Assembly: GCA_965603825.1 (NCBI GenBank)
Contig: CBFDEM010000011.1
Coordinates: 992,001-1,056,000 of the forward strand
Direction: 5' to 3'
DNA length: 64,000 nt
Source of the DNA: Blepharisma stoltei ATCC 30299
Taxonomy: Eukaryota; Protista; Ciliophora
Positions 22,903-35,387 of the stretch are shown here, in pieces. Positions within the stretch are counted from its first letter, which is position 1, and each line of letters starts with the position of its first letter. The position numbers were made by a program, and so were the translations under genes. The notes beneath the pieces were generated by a model that saw only the letters and a list, made by a program, of their open reading frames with translations, made no database searches and was not told where the DNA came from.

Positions 22903-22958
22903 TTTAATTATGTGCTAATTGATTTAAAAATTATAATTTCAAAATTTATAAATATTTA

Positions 22959-23831
22959 TTATTCACTCACATATTCTCTTAGCTTAAAAACAGAATTTTT
23001 GAAATTTTCAGAAATTTGCCCTTCAACGATCTTCCCCTGCATTTTTACATCTAATTGTTGAATTATAGTTACCTTTGTTCCAGCATTTATTTCTTCTATA
23101 TTTATCGTTTGGAAAACAGTTTGTCCATATTCTTCCAGATCAGGTACTTCTTTATCAGCCATTACAATAGAAATAATTACTCCATTATTTGTTCTTGTCG
23201 ACCATCTGTCTATAAATTTCCTTTCTTTCCCTTTAAGCGTCCTCGTTACCATCACAACGGAATCTTCATACGTTTTTCCAGTCATCAAAGTGATATCATC
23301 AATAGAAACATCGCACTTTTTTATAAGTTCAGGCTCATGCAAAGCTTCGACAATCTTAGCAAGTGATATTTTTTGGTCAAAAATAATTTTGCATTTCATC
23401 ACAATTCTTTCCTTAAGCATACTTGTAGGCTTCTGCTCGATTTTTAAATTTGGCTCAGAAACTATTTGAGACCATTCATGATTTTCTGATAAAGTTGTTA
23501 AAGAGTCTAAAATTAAATCAAATCTTTTATCAGGAAATGCAAAGTCGTCAAGCCTTTTAATAGAAAATTTTTTACAGACTTTATAGAATTCATCACTTTC
23601 TCTATGATTTTCTCGCTTTGAAGACACATCAGAGGATTTACTTTCTAAAGGAAATTTTTCGTGATTTTGATTATTTGTGCTTATGGATTGGCCCTGATAT
23701 ATTTGTTGCCTGTCTTTTGGTGCTTGTGGGTATTTGAAGATATCTTTAATGTTTTTTTGTTGGCATGATCTTTGGATCACTTCAGGGTACTGTGTTGATG
23801 GCTCAGATTCTTTACTTTGGTAGCAGCCCAT
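22959..23831 (-). CDS. Putative N-myristoylated START-like domain protein, 290 aa
   Basis: MGCYQSK start. The C-terminal ~190 aa follow a START-like pattern (W..I..Q, R.FID, TKVTIIQQLD, terminal helix). The fold call is tentative. Confidence 0.55.
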   Translation of the reverse strand: MGCYQSKESEPSTQYPEVIQRSCQQKNIKDIFKYPQAPKDRQQIYQGQSISTNNQNHEKFPLESKSSDVSSKRENHRESDEFYKVCKKFSIKRLDDFAFPDKRFDLILDSLTTLSENHEWSQIVSEPNLKIEQKPTSMLKERIVMKCKIIFDQKISLAKIVEALHEPELIKKCDVSIDDITLMTGKTYEDSVVMVTRTLKGKERKFIDRWSTRTNNGVIISIVMADKEVPDLEEYGQTVFQTINIEEINAGTKVTIIQQLDVKMQGKIVEGQISENFKNSVFKLREYVSE

Positions 23832-23972
23832 TTTAGAATTAAATATTAGCCATTAATATTCTCCTGATAAGAATTTTTACATTTTCAATTACTGCTTTTT
23901 CAATGAACTTATTCAATTATTTTTGCAGCTTAGCAAATACTTTCTATTTACAATTAATTGTGATTACATACA

Positions 23973-26216
23973 TTATAATGTAGGCTTATTCATTTGATCA
24001 TACGATATACTAATATGCCGCTGCCACTCAAAACTCTCCTGACTGTTTTCATCTGATTGGTAAATTTTTTGTGTTACTCTTCTCCCTACTGATTTATGTT
24101 CCCACATTGCTAAATTTTTTTTCATTTGCTCAAGTACAAGGGTATTAATTACGTCAGATTTCAAATAACTGCATCATACTTCAAATAACGGCAGACAGAT
24201 ATTTTTTATAAATCCAGCTTGGCTTTTTGGTATATTTGTGGTATCTCTGTCACAGTACATAGAAACTGGCTGCTTGTTTTTCTTCTCTAAATCCCCTTGG
24301 TTGAAAAATTCTTCACATACCAGCTGGCTTCATTTTTCATGGAGATCTTTTACCTTGGCACTGTGGCCTATGTCTCCACATTTTAATGCCATTGCTAGTA
24401 TCATCACTTTGTCATCTGCTTTTTCAATATCTAAATCTGATAAATTAATTGCTCTTGTCCTAAATCTGCCTAAAAGCTCAAAATGCTTCGACATATCAGT
24501 TCCTAATATCATGTCTATAATAAGTTTTCTTGCCTTAAATCAATCACTGCTCGTAATTCCTTCTAAAACATTGCATCCTGATTTTTGCATTATAGTAAAA
24601 GTATTAGAGCAATGCATATTTTCTAGCACACTTTGGTCATTATATTGATATGCAAGCTCATCATGATTATTTATCAAATACCGATTGGTTAAAGCAGGAT
24701 GTCCAACATCATGGCCTAATGATGCAATAATTGAGGATAAAATATCAAGTGCTGATAAATATACATGAAGACTACTATGCTGGATAAAAAACAGCACACA
24801 ATGAAGCACATCTGCTGCATGGCAAGCATTGTGATAAGGGTTTTTATTGTACCCTTTTTCAATTGTTTTGAAGTACAAGTCGCTCACGCTTTCTGGAATA
24901 TTAAAAGTTTCGTTTAAATTCCATTTTTTTAGAAGGTATTTTGCAATTACAAAAATACTGCTTCCAGTAGCGTTATAGATAAATCATATATCAAAATTTC
25001 AGTTTCTGCCGATTGTGGATAGGACACTTTCAAGCTCAGAAGCGCCGTAATTTCTAAAGGGAAAAGCTTTTTTATTTTTGGTTTCATCCTCTGTAAATGT
25101 GAACTTTTTGGGGACCATGATTTCAAAAGCGTCTTGGGTCTGACGGACTTCCATGTAATTTTGGTTAATAAATTCTATGTCTTCTTTATCAATGTCTGGG
25201 GCTTCTTGAAATCTGATTTCTTTATAATAATGCCCATGGGCGATTCTTCTTTTAACTTTTTCTACTTCAATGCTTGCGTTTTTTAGTCTGTTTTTAACGT
25301 CTTTGAACATAACAACAGAGTAGCCGTATTTAATATCGTTTTTGATTGAATCACAAGAATTTACAAGGTGCTCAATTTCTGACTTAATCACATCTTGCAT
25401 ACTCACATCGACTTCTGGTATATAAAAATTTTCCCTTTCTCTCTCAGCTCTGTAAAACAGTTGCCTTGACCTATAATCAAATTTATGTGCTTCTATCACT
25501 TGTAGCCCTAAAAACAAGACCATTATTGCACATTCCGCAATAATAGAATAATCATTCAAAGGAGAATACGAAAGCGAAAACGACAAAAACAGCACTATAC
25601 TTGAAACACAAAGAATCCCTACCAAATAAAAGCTATCAAATAAAATATTTCTCATCATAATAATCCAACAAATAACCCCAAGTGTGCTTGGAATCGAGCT
25701 TTTATGATAATCTTCTGATAGCATCCCGCTTAAAACCCTTTCATCGCCTACTATTAAATATATCAAAAACAAAAATCCCAGTAACATTAAAAAAAATCTG
25801 CAATGGTATAAACAAAAAGTGCTTTTATGAAAAGAATATAAAATCATGTAAGAAATAATCAGAATAGCTGATAGGAAAATCAGTTGAAATCTTAAATTTG
25901 AGTCAGCCATTTCGTTATCTGCATTCAGTAAAATAGAAAAAGCTATCAAGATCGTGATATAAAGGGTTAAATATAAATAAAACACTAGTAAGGTACTTCT
26001 GAACTCTAATGAAAGTGTTTTATGGTCCTTACGGTCGCAATAAATGCTTTTGATGAATTTATCTTCCATATATGGGCTGGTAAACCAAAGTAAATTTGGG
26101 TTAATAGGGATGGATTGGTTTTCGTGGTTTTCGTGGCCTAATAGTCCATAAGTTGACGGCCTGTGGTGCAAGAATATAGATGGAGATATTGGCTCACTTC
26201 TACTTGACATAGACAT
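23973..26216 (-). CDS. Membrane-anchored class I cyclic-nucleotide phosphodiesterase, ~747 aa
   Basis: One frame with TGA 24999, 24984, 24540, 24330 and 24174. About six N-terminal TM segments; NPYHNACHAADV, HDVGHP, YNDQSVLENMH, ILGTDM, EEFFNQGD; TAA 23973. Confidence 0.92.
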
Positions 26217-26912
26217 ACTTTAATTTTAATTTTCAAATGTTACTCGATTTACTAAATGCTCTTTATTAAATTTAATTAATATGCATTAAATATAATCTTT
26301 AAAAAAAAAACCTTTTGGCTGGAATCGTAAACATCATATAAATTATGTTTTTCTAATGAAATTTGAATATATAAAATAAATGTAATATGAAAACCGTGTA
26401 ATAATTTTAAAGAAATTAAAATTTTGAGGCTGGATATTGAATGAACAATTGAAAGGATTTATTGAATTTTTTGAGGTAAAATAGTTAAACGATAAGTTTG
26501 AGTATAAATTAGCTTTTGAAGACTGGATTAGGAGTGAAATTGATGAAAATCAGATAAAAGTCTGATAGCATTGGAAGCAAGCATTATTTTTGCTTTTTAT
26601 TGCTTAATTCAAAGAATTATTTTGAGATAGAAAGTTTTTGTTTTTGTGATAATTAAAAGACGCTTTTGGCACAACCCATTATTCTTATTAATACATAATG
26701 CTTAAATTCCAAATTAAATATAATTTTAATCACATAGTTTTAGTAAAATTTTATGTTATGGTTTAAATAAATTATTGAATTTCAAGTTAAACAAATAAAA
26801 TTGAAATGTAATTGAATAATTATTTTATCGAATTTATTTGTGGCCTTGCGCTTTGATGCCTTTCAGAATATACTCTTAATATAAATCTTGCGATTTTTAT
26901 TAAAAAATAAGT

Positions 26913-29783
26913 ATGGCAGTTTTAGAAAAATCTCCTATAGATGATCGCCTCTACAAGTATTTTGAATTGCCAAACAAAATGAAATGCTTAGCAATAAGTG
27001 ACCCCACAACTGATATTTCTGCAGCTGCAGTTAACGTTGAAGTTGGAAATATCTCAGATCCTCCCGAATATCAAGGATTAGCTCACTTTTTAGAACACAT
27101 GCTATTTATGGGTACAGAAAAATATCCAGGAGAAAATCACTACAAATCTTTCATTTCTAAACACGCTGGTTACAATAATGCTTCTACCTCTCAAGAGAGC
27201 ACAAGATATTATTTTAGCGTTTCTTCCCAAAATTTATATGAAGCATTAGATATTTTTTCTCAATTTTTTATTCAGCCTTTATTAGGTGAGGATGCAGTAA
27301 GCAGAGAAATGAAAGCTGTAGATGCTGAGCATAAGAAAAACTTAAAAAATGATATCAGGAGATATTTTAGACTGCTGAGGATGGCTTCAAAACCTGGGCA
27401 TCCTTTTGGGCTATTTGGAACTGGATGCTTTGAGACGCTAAATAAACCAGATATTTATACTGAGGTTAAAAGGTTTTATCAAGAAAAATATTCAAGCAAC
27501 TTGATGAGTGTAGCTGTCTTAGGAAAAGAACCGATTGAAATACTAGAAAAATGGATTGAGGACTGTTTTTCTAATATCCCTAATAAAGAATTAATTCCTG
27601 ATAAACTTGAAGAACAGCCTTTCGATGAGACTACTAATGGTTTTTTAACCAAAATAATTTCAGTGAAAAATAAAAAAGAAATAAAATTCGTGTGGCAATT
27701 TCCTGGCCTATCTCAATATTACCTCAGCAAACCTGGAAAATACTTAACTCATTTAATAGGCCATGAAGGAAAAAACAGCTTATTATCTGCCCTCACTAAT
27801 GAAGAATTAGCTAGTTCTTTGGTCACAGAAATTTCTTTTGATCTTTCCTCTTTTTCTTTATTTGTAATTACTATCACTCTAACTGACAAAGGCTTTGCCC
27901 ATTACGATCGTGTTGTAGAATTGGTGCACGAGCACATTGAAATTTTAAAGGAAAAAGGAATCCAAAAATGGGTATTCGACGAGCTGAGATTTATGGATAT
28001 TGCAAATTTCAATAATAAAAGTGAAAAGAGCCCTGCTGATGAAGTCATTGAGCTTTCAAGAAATCTTCATAAATATCCTCCTGAAAAAATAATTTCAGGG
28101 CCATGCATTAGGGAAGAATGGAACCCAGAGCTTATAAGGTCTCTGTTAGATTTGATGAGACCTTCAAATTTACAAATTTATTTTCTTTGTCAAAAGTTTG
28201 ACAAAACTAATATGGCTGAAGAAAGCTTTTATGGGACTTTTTATAGCAGAGAGAGATTTTCAGATGAATTGTTAGCAAAAATGATATCACCAAGAAGAAA
28301 TAGCAATAAAGAGGTAATATTAGACCTTCCTGTTCCTAATGATTTTATTCCAACTTTATTTCATATAGAAGAACCTCAAGATTTAAAGTTAGTCCCAAAT
28401 TTATTGCTAGATGACGAGAAAAATACAGTCTGGCATATGTTTGACAATTCATTTAAGGCTGATAAAATAATAGCTGAATTGATGATTTATTGTGGAGATT
28501 GTGCTGTCCATTTAAATCCATTTTTCCATGTTTTGGCTCAGTTATGAAACGACATGTTTTATCATAAATTCCGAGAAACTGATTATCTTGCTAAATGTGC
28601 TGGGCTTAAATTATCATTTGACTTTACATATTATGGGCTAAAAATAAATTTAAATGGCTACAGCCAAAGATTCGCTAATTTTTTCGAAACTGTTATCAGT
28701 GCTTTATCATCTTTTGAAATTACTGAAAACGACTGTTCAATCTTTGATATTTACTATATAAAGAAAAAATCTGCTCTTGAAAGCCTAGCATTGTCGCCGG
28801 AACCAATAGATGAAGCTTTTAACATGTTTAAAGACTTGGTGTCTGTAAATGGATATTTTTCACATCAGGAAAAATTAGAAGTATTAAGAAATGTTACTTT
28901 TCAGGATATTCTCTGGTTTAGCAAAAAATGGTTAAAGAATGTCAGATTTGAGTGGCTTATCTTAGGCTGCATAAACGCAGAATCAGCTTTAAATATGGCT
29001 CAAGCTGTAGCAAGTATATTTGAAAGCAAAAGAAATATTCAATATATTTCTAAAGAAGATTATCCTATTAATGAAATTGTTACGATTCCGTCAGTTTCTA
29101 CAGATAAATCACTATCAAATTTAGTCTATTCAAAACACATAGAAGATAAAACAAACAAAAATTCTGCAGTTGTCGCAATTTGGCAAATAGGAACTGAAGA
29201 CCCAAAAGCTTTTGCAGGCATGCACATAATTTTAAAATTTTTAAAGGAGCCTTGCTTTACAACTTTAAGGACAAAAGAGCAGCTAGGGTATATTGTATCT
29301 GCAAATCACCGTAGAATTCGAGGAAATTTATATCTTTCAATAGATATTCAATCTTCAGTCTCCTGTTGTGCACATGTAACTGAAAGAATTTCATGCTTTA
29401 TTGATGCAATGAGACAAAAAGTGCTAGAGATTACAGATGAGGAATATGAAAAAATTAAAAATTCTGCTAAAAATGCCTGGGCACGGAAAGATGTGGCATT
29501 GATTGGCAAATTTGACAGATTTATGACGGAAGTTGTGAGAAGGTCATATCAATTTACAAAAAAGGAAGACATCGAGCAAGTTATGCATTCTTATACAAAG
29601 GAGGAGTTTCAGAATTTATTTGAGAGGATCTTTTATAAGAATTCTGCTAGGGTTGATTTGGAGCTTATAAGTGAAAATCTGAGAGAAGAGCAAGAAGTTC
29701 TGGAAAAGCAATGTGAGAAGATGAAAATTCAAAGTCCAAATTATTTCAAAAGAAGCAATGCAATCATATATAATAGTAGATAA
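26913..29783 (+). CDS. Insulinase-like M16A metallopeptidase, ~956 aa
   Basis: GLAHFLEHMLFMGTEKYP (HxxEH), LIGHEG, LRTKEQLGYIV. The two ORFs are joined in frame by TGA 28545. Confidence 0.93.
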
Positions 29784-30011
29784 ATCAATTCCTTTAGCAA
29801 ATCTTGCTATATAAATAAATAGCATAGTGAATCATAAGTTTTAAATTATTCATATATTTAAATTTACTGTAATTAAATTTTAAACCAAAAATTGAATTAA
29901 GCTCTTCTCCATGAATTTGATAGAACCTTTATTTATTTGCAAAATTTGCACGACTATAACTCTTCAAGTCCTCAAAATTATAAATTCCGTAAGATATTTT
30001 AAGTTACCTAA

Positions 30012-31721
30012 ATGGAAGAAGAGCCATATGAAATTAATGAAGAACTAGACATCGCTGAACTTGCAGCACAAGAAAGCCTTGAAGCTCTTTATGAATGTGG
30101 AGCCCAAATATTATACGATCACTATATTCGTGATAAATCAGTCCCATTTGCAGCTCAGCAAGCAGTTTCTATCATAGGAAGCACTGTTGAGCTTTATTAT
30201 ATCCGCCAAGATACAGGAGAGCCAGAAATATGAGAAGAAATCCCTGAGCCTAGTCCTTGCGTAATAGATCCATGGATGAGAAGTGTCGTACCAGTTAAGA
30301 AAAAATTCAAAGAGCCAGAGCCTGACGAGCCTTCAGGACAGTCTGTTATTTCTGTCGAAAAAAGCATGAGAAGTCATAAAAGTTTCCGGTCATCTCGTTC
30401 AAGTTTCAAAAAAAAGACAAGCCCAACTAAGTCAACCCGTGGATTCCAAAACAATTTAATCACTGAAGAAATCAAGCCAGTTCCTATTCCTAACGTTGTC
30501 TCTGACAGTTCAGAAGATGAAGCTGAAAACCAAATGAGGGAAATGAAAGAGAGACAAGTAAAACGGAAAAAAGAGGAAAAAGAACGGCTTAAGCAGAGAA
30601 AAGAAGAAGAAGCAGCAAAGGAAAGGGAATATCAAAGGGAAGCTGAAGATTTGAAAAATAAAATGTTTACTTATGATTTTGGAGGAAAAATTATGATTGT
30701 GAATCCAATTAACTTTGAAAATGTTAATGCATATAGCACTTCTACGATGAAATATGCAGTTCCAGAACCGATTGCAGAAGAGCTGACAATGAAAGATAAG
30801 AAAAAAAAGAAGGATAGGACGGCAGTGTCAGATTTTGGGATAATAAAACCAAAAAAAGTGCCTCCAGCAAAAGAGCAGGAGTGGGTAAGGAATGCGACAT
30901 CACTTTCTGCATCAATTTTCGATAATATTAATTTGAGCCTTGGAGTCACAATTTTTGACGGAAATCGCAGCAAACTTCCTCTATCAAGTTCTCAGTCAAA
31001 GCTAAAAACTATGAGCAGGAAAGAATATTTTGGGATAACGGCTAGAGAGCATGCATTCAGAAGTACTGGAGATCTACAAATAGCGAAACAAGAAAGCTTG
31101 CACTCTTCATCCGCTAGCAGACAAAATACAATATATAAGCTGCCATCAATAGCATCTGCAAGAACTAACAAAGATTTGCTTGAAAATATACCTGATAATG
31201 AGACTCATGCTGAAGTTGAAGAAAATCCTCAAAATTCTCTTAAGCGGGCTCCAACTGAAGATATTCCTCAGATTTCTGTCAAGGAGACTCCTCAAATTAT
31301 TTTAGCTAAATCCCCGCAGTTAGAAAAAATAAGGAAATATGAAAATGTTGAAAATATCAAAGAAATGAGTCCAATTGACAAGTTCAATGTAGAAATTTTG
31401 AAAAATAAAAATTGGGGATTAAATCCTCCTTTTAAAGGAGCGAAACTTCCTGCCAAACTTCCTAATAGGAATATATCCCCTCGGCAACAATATGGAATTT
31501 ACGGAGACAAAATAAGAAAACCCAAAGACAACCCATTTGCATCTGCAGAAGAGCTCTGGGAATCCCAGAAAAATTCCATCAAAAGGCCAAGAGACCGTAG
31601 ATTCATTGAGCGAGTTGAGCACAAGCAGCGAATGCCTCCCCCTCCTTTTGGACAATCAATGGTCGACTACTCAACCCTAGCTTCCACAATCCCAGAAATG
31701 CAAGAAAAATCCAATAATTAA
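30012..31721 (+). CDS. C2orf81/DUF4639-like protein, ~569 aa
   Basis: ORFs 30012 and 30276 are joined by TGA 30231, giving DTGEPEI(W)EEIPEPSPCVIDPWMRSVVPV (family W..D.EP.P...D.W...VP); TAA 31719. Confidence 0.7.
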
Positions 31722-32165
31722 TTTTATTTATAATTTATCAGCTGCAGTTTCTTTGTAGTTTTCATCTTCAATTCAAGCGTTGGAGTCCTTTCTATCACAT
31801 TGGGGGTAGCTCTTCTTAATAGTTATTCTTGCTTATCTTCTTTCAAATCCTCGAGCTTCATATTCTATTTTTTTGATAAATCCTTCAAATCTTTATTACT
31901 TATATTGAAGCCTGATTTTATTAAATTGAACTTTATTATGTAAATAATTAATAACAGATAGTATTATAAAAATACTTTACTCAAGCAGATATTTTAGCAC
32001 TCTCAAAATTTACTTTTAAAAATTGAGCATAATTTAAATTTCACCTCCAATATACTGGACATTTTCTATCAAAGTCTCAATTCGATCCATAAGAAAATAA
32101 AACCCATATATTCTAATTACATCATAATGGCTTGGTGTCTATAAACCTGTATTTGACTGATCAAT
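31590..32165. repeat. Copy A of a diverged inverted segmental duplication (partner ~48028-48725)
   Basis: Collinear matches in inverted orientation span the C2orf81-like 3' end, the stop-to-stop spacer and the CDPK 3' end. Confidence 0.88.
31728..32165 (-). pseudogene. Decayed 3' fragment (EF-hand/C-terminal part) of the CDPK gene at 46972-48621
   Basis: The reverse complement aligns to 48028-48621, e.g. ATTGATCAGTCAAATACAGG vs ATTGACCAGTCAAACACAGG. ATGAAGCTCGAGGA and CCAACGCTTGAA are identical. Stops, frameshifts and deletions are present. Confidence 0.9.
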
Positions 32166-32291
32166 AATTATAAAATGGAGTCGAAACTTTTTCCTTCTTT
32201 GAGATGGGGTTGAATTTTCCTGGGCTATATCAGCATCAACCGAGCGCATAGGCTGGAGCGCCTGATCCTTGGGTTTTAGAAGTATAGGCTT

Positions 32292-32466
32292 TTACCATTC
32301 AAAGCACTTAGTAGAGATACTCTTAAGTAGAAAATACGTAGGAGTCAAGTTTAGCTGTATCTATTTTGGATTGTATTAGTATGTCTGATCTAAATGGGTT
32401 GGGGAAGAAATTCTCGTTACAAGCTGTAGTAAAATTGGGCATCGATCTCTGGGAAGAGGAACACAT
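32292..32466 (-). CDS. Candidate small gene or pseudogene (52 aa to first TAA) with a 16-nt intron at 32322-32337
   Basis: ATG 32466, 43 open codons, GTATTTTCTACTTAAG (A10), 9 codons, TAA 32292. The same frame stays open 42 more codons into the CDPK remnant. Confidence 0.35.
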
Positions 32467-32686
32467 TAAATATTAAGTTAATAAGTAAGTATTATGATAA
32501 TTGAATTTCATTGATAAAAGAGTTGCTTAGTAATTATATATAATCGAGAAACTTTATTGAAAACTCTAAATCAATTTGACGATGAAATCCGATCAAGAAT
32601 AAATTCATTACTCAATCATAATTATAAAATTATGTCATAAATATAAAATGAGAAATATACAATTGAGTCCTTATAATTAATTTTCT

Positions 32687-33061
32687 ATGGAAATGGAAAA
32701 AAGACCCAACCCTGAGTCTTCATCTCAGCCAAACCAAACTCTTTATATAAAGAACTTAAATGATAAGGTAAACAAACTTGAAGTGAAAAGACTTTTATAT
32801 CAGCTGTTTTCAGCATATGGATATATTTTAGAAATCTATGTAAGCAAAGCTCCAAAAAAGAGAGGACAAGCCTTTATTGTTTTTGATACAGTTCATGATG
32901 CAGCGCTTGCCTTGCAAGCGCTCCAAAATTTCAGTTTTTTAGAAAAAAATCTTAATATAGACTATGCGAGAGACAAAAGTGATGTTATTGCTAGAAAAGA
33001 AGGGACTTATGAGAAAAGAGCAAAACAAAAGAGAGAGGCTGAGAGAGCAGCGAACACATAA
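32687..33061 (+). CDS. U1A/U2B''-family snRNP protein, single RRM, 124 aa
   Basis: PNQTLYIKNLNDKV, LFSAYG, KRGQAFIVF, ALQNFSF, IDYARDKSDVIA..GTY match RRM1 of U1A/U2B''. Confidence 0.9.
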   Translation: MEMEKRPNPESSSQPNQTLYIKNLNDKVNKLEVKRLLYQLFSAYGYILEIYVSKAPKKRGQAFIVFDTVHDAALALQALQNFSFLEKNLNIDYARDKSDVIARKEGTYEKRAKQKREAERAANT

Positions 33062-33433
33062 CCTAGAAAAATTAACTTAATTCTTTACAAATTTTATTGT
33101 AAAAGTTTATTATATTCTAGGCAATTTTGCTTAAATTTAATGAAAATCTCTTCCAAAGTTTTATAGCATGAATAAGCATTAAATTTCTTGAAAAATTAAT
33201 GGAAAATAATCTAACAGAAGTTGTGTTATTTGGCTGGAGATTTGAGGAATTGTGAAGAAGAAATACGGGAACTATGTTGGATTATAAATCGAGGAAATTG
33301 TAAAAATCAGAAGAGAATTGACTCCTTAAGTAGTGAAACCGCTAATTATTATTACTATAGCATGAGAGTGCAAATTCTTTGCCCACATAAGGTGATAAGA
33401 GTTAATTATTAAAATAATTGAATTTATTTACCC

Positions 33434-34084
33434 TTAGCAGCAGCCACTTTTCTTTTGGGTCAATGATTTCCCACCCGCCAATTTTTGTCCTTTTGGTTGA
33501 GTACTTGGTACGCCTTTTGCCGAAGTTGACGCAATTCTTCCTTTGATTTCTCCAGCCATTCTTAAAAACGATTGTTCTACATTCGCTGAAGTTTTAGCTG
33601 AAGTTTCAATAAAATTAATCCCCATTGAATCAGCTAATTCTTTTCCTTCATCATAAGTAACAGCTTTTTTGCCTTCTAAATCTGCTTTATTGCCCACTAA
33701 TAGGCGGTTCACGTTTTCGCTGGCATATCTTGTAATTTCGTTCATCCAGTTCTTGACATTTTCGAAGGACTCTCTGTTTGTTACGTCATATACAACGATG
33801 ATCCCATGGGCGCCTCTATAATAAGATGAGGTGATAGTTCGGAATTTCTCTTGCCCTGCAGTATCCCAGATTTGAAGCTTAACCACTTTGTTCTCCACCT
33901 CTACCGTCTTTATTTTCTACATGAACCATACAAAATCTACTCCAATGGTAGCAATGAAGCTCTCTGAATAGCTGTTGTCAGCGAAACGAAGGAGTAAGCT
34001 TGATTTTCCGACTCCAGAATCCCCAATTAGAAGAAGCTTGAAGAGATAGTCACTTGATAAAAATTACTATTCAGGGTTTGCCAT
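33434..34084 (-). CDS. RAB1: Rab1/Ypt1 GTPase, ~206 aa, two 15-nt introns
   Basis: [29 protein letters not shown]|[36 protein letters not shown]-terminal CC. Confidence 0.96.
33917..33931 (-). other. 15-nt intron GTATGGTTCATGTAG
   Basis: Removal restores the invariant GVDF-KIKT; A10; in-frame TAG. Confidence 0.95.
34053..34067 (-). other. 15-nt intron GTAATTTTTATCAAG
   Basis: Removal restores EYDYLFK (TA|T); A10; retention creates TAG. Confidence 0.95.
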
Positions 34085-34397
34085 TTATTATAAAGGTCCT
34101 AGAATGTCAGGTGCTATCAGTAATAAAATGATATAATTATCAGATTTTAGAGCTGCTAGGGATAAGGGTAGCTATGGTTTTGAAATATGTAAAAATTATA
34201 GTAAAAAAATGTTGAAATTAGATGATGGTGATTCATATAGTCAGAATAAAATTTCATATTTGCAACGATTAAAATACAAATTTACATTAAATTCAATTTC
34301 TAAAGCCTCCACTACAATGATCTTTAATATATATCCCTGATTTCCTTCCAAAAATGCAGCGATCATAACCTTTTAAGAAACTATCTAATCTATTAAA

Positions 34398-34819
34398 TTA
34401 ATGCTTAGGCTTGAGTTTCTTGAGTTCTTGTCTGACCAATTGCGACTTTTTCTTTTGGTTGACCATGAGTTTGAATCTACCGAAATCTGTGAGTTCTGCT
34501 CTTCTGAGTCTAGATGCAATTTGTTTACCATGAGTGCTTTCTTGCCACTTAGATAATATGTTAGAATCAGTGAAAATCTTTGCAACGTTTGCAGAGGTCT
34601 GATTTCTCTTAACTGGAAGCACAAACTCAGTCAATGAAAGTCTTGAAAAAGGCATTTGCTGACGAAGGACTCCTGTAGCTGCACCATCAACTAAAGCTCT
34701 TTTCCCGTCTATTACGTCCACAATCACGCACAATTTGTCTTTTTCAGGTCCAAAATTAACGTATGCAACTCTTCCAATTTCGACAAATCTGGAGTGTACC
34801 TATGGTAGCCATTTACCAT
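34398..34819 (-). CDS. RPL14: 60S ribosomal protein L14 (eL14), ~134 aa, 17-nt intron after ATG
   Basis: M|VHSRFVEIGRVAYVNFGP..VIVDVIDGKRALVDG..LTDFGRFK; TAA 34398. Confidence 0.95.
34800..34816 (-). other. 17-nt intron GTAAATGGCTACCATAG directly after the start codon
   Basis: This is the only nearby way to place an in-frame ATG on the conserved RPL14 N-terminus; the ATG inside the intron is out of frame. Confidence 0.8.
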
Positions 34820-35387
34820 TTGAGCCTTGAGTTAAGTATTATATTACATGGAAAGGGATAAAGAACTGGAGAGAAATGAAAGTGGTAAAAATTAATTTAA
34901 TGGAAAAGAATAAGAAATTGATATGCAAAAGAAGAAGATTATGGTGATAATGAAGATAAGAAATTGGATTTCAGAGTTCGGATGAATTGTGTGGTGGAAT
35001 AATTTTCTAACTGAAATGTATAAGGGAGAAATGCGCAGTGTGTTTATGACACAAAATTCATTTAGAAAATGCATGTTGCATACCAATCTTGCAATTTCTC
35101 TAATTGTTTTTCCAATTCAAGCTTGAGAAAACAATTTGAAATTTGATCCAACATCTTACAATACATAAGGTGTTAATTGCTATATTTGCATCTAATAGTT
35201 TTTTGAAATTCATTTGCAACTCTATTATAATAAGAAATACGTAAAAAATTGCATATAAATCATAATTAAATTATTTTAAAGTAATCAGAGATTGCATCAA
35301 TCAATAAATTCTTCAAGCGATTATTACTTCAATTATCTGCATTTTTAAAGAACATAAATTAATCGAAAAAATTAATATTTAAACATC

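Noticed and set aside
33221-35086. Short ORFs 33221-33412 and 34892-35086 in spacers
   Set aside because: Non-ATG starts, no motifs, AT-rich flanking sequence.
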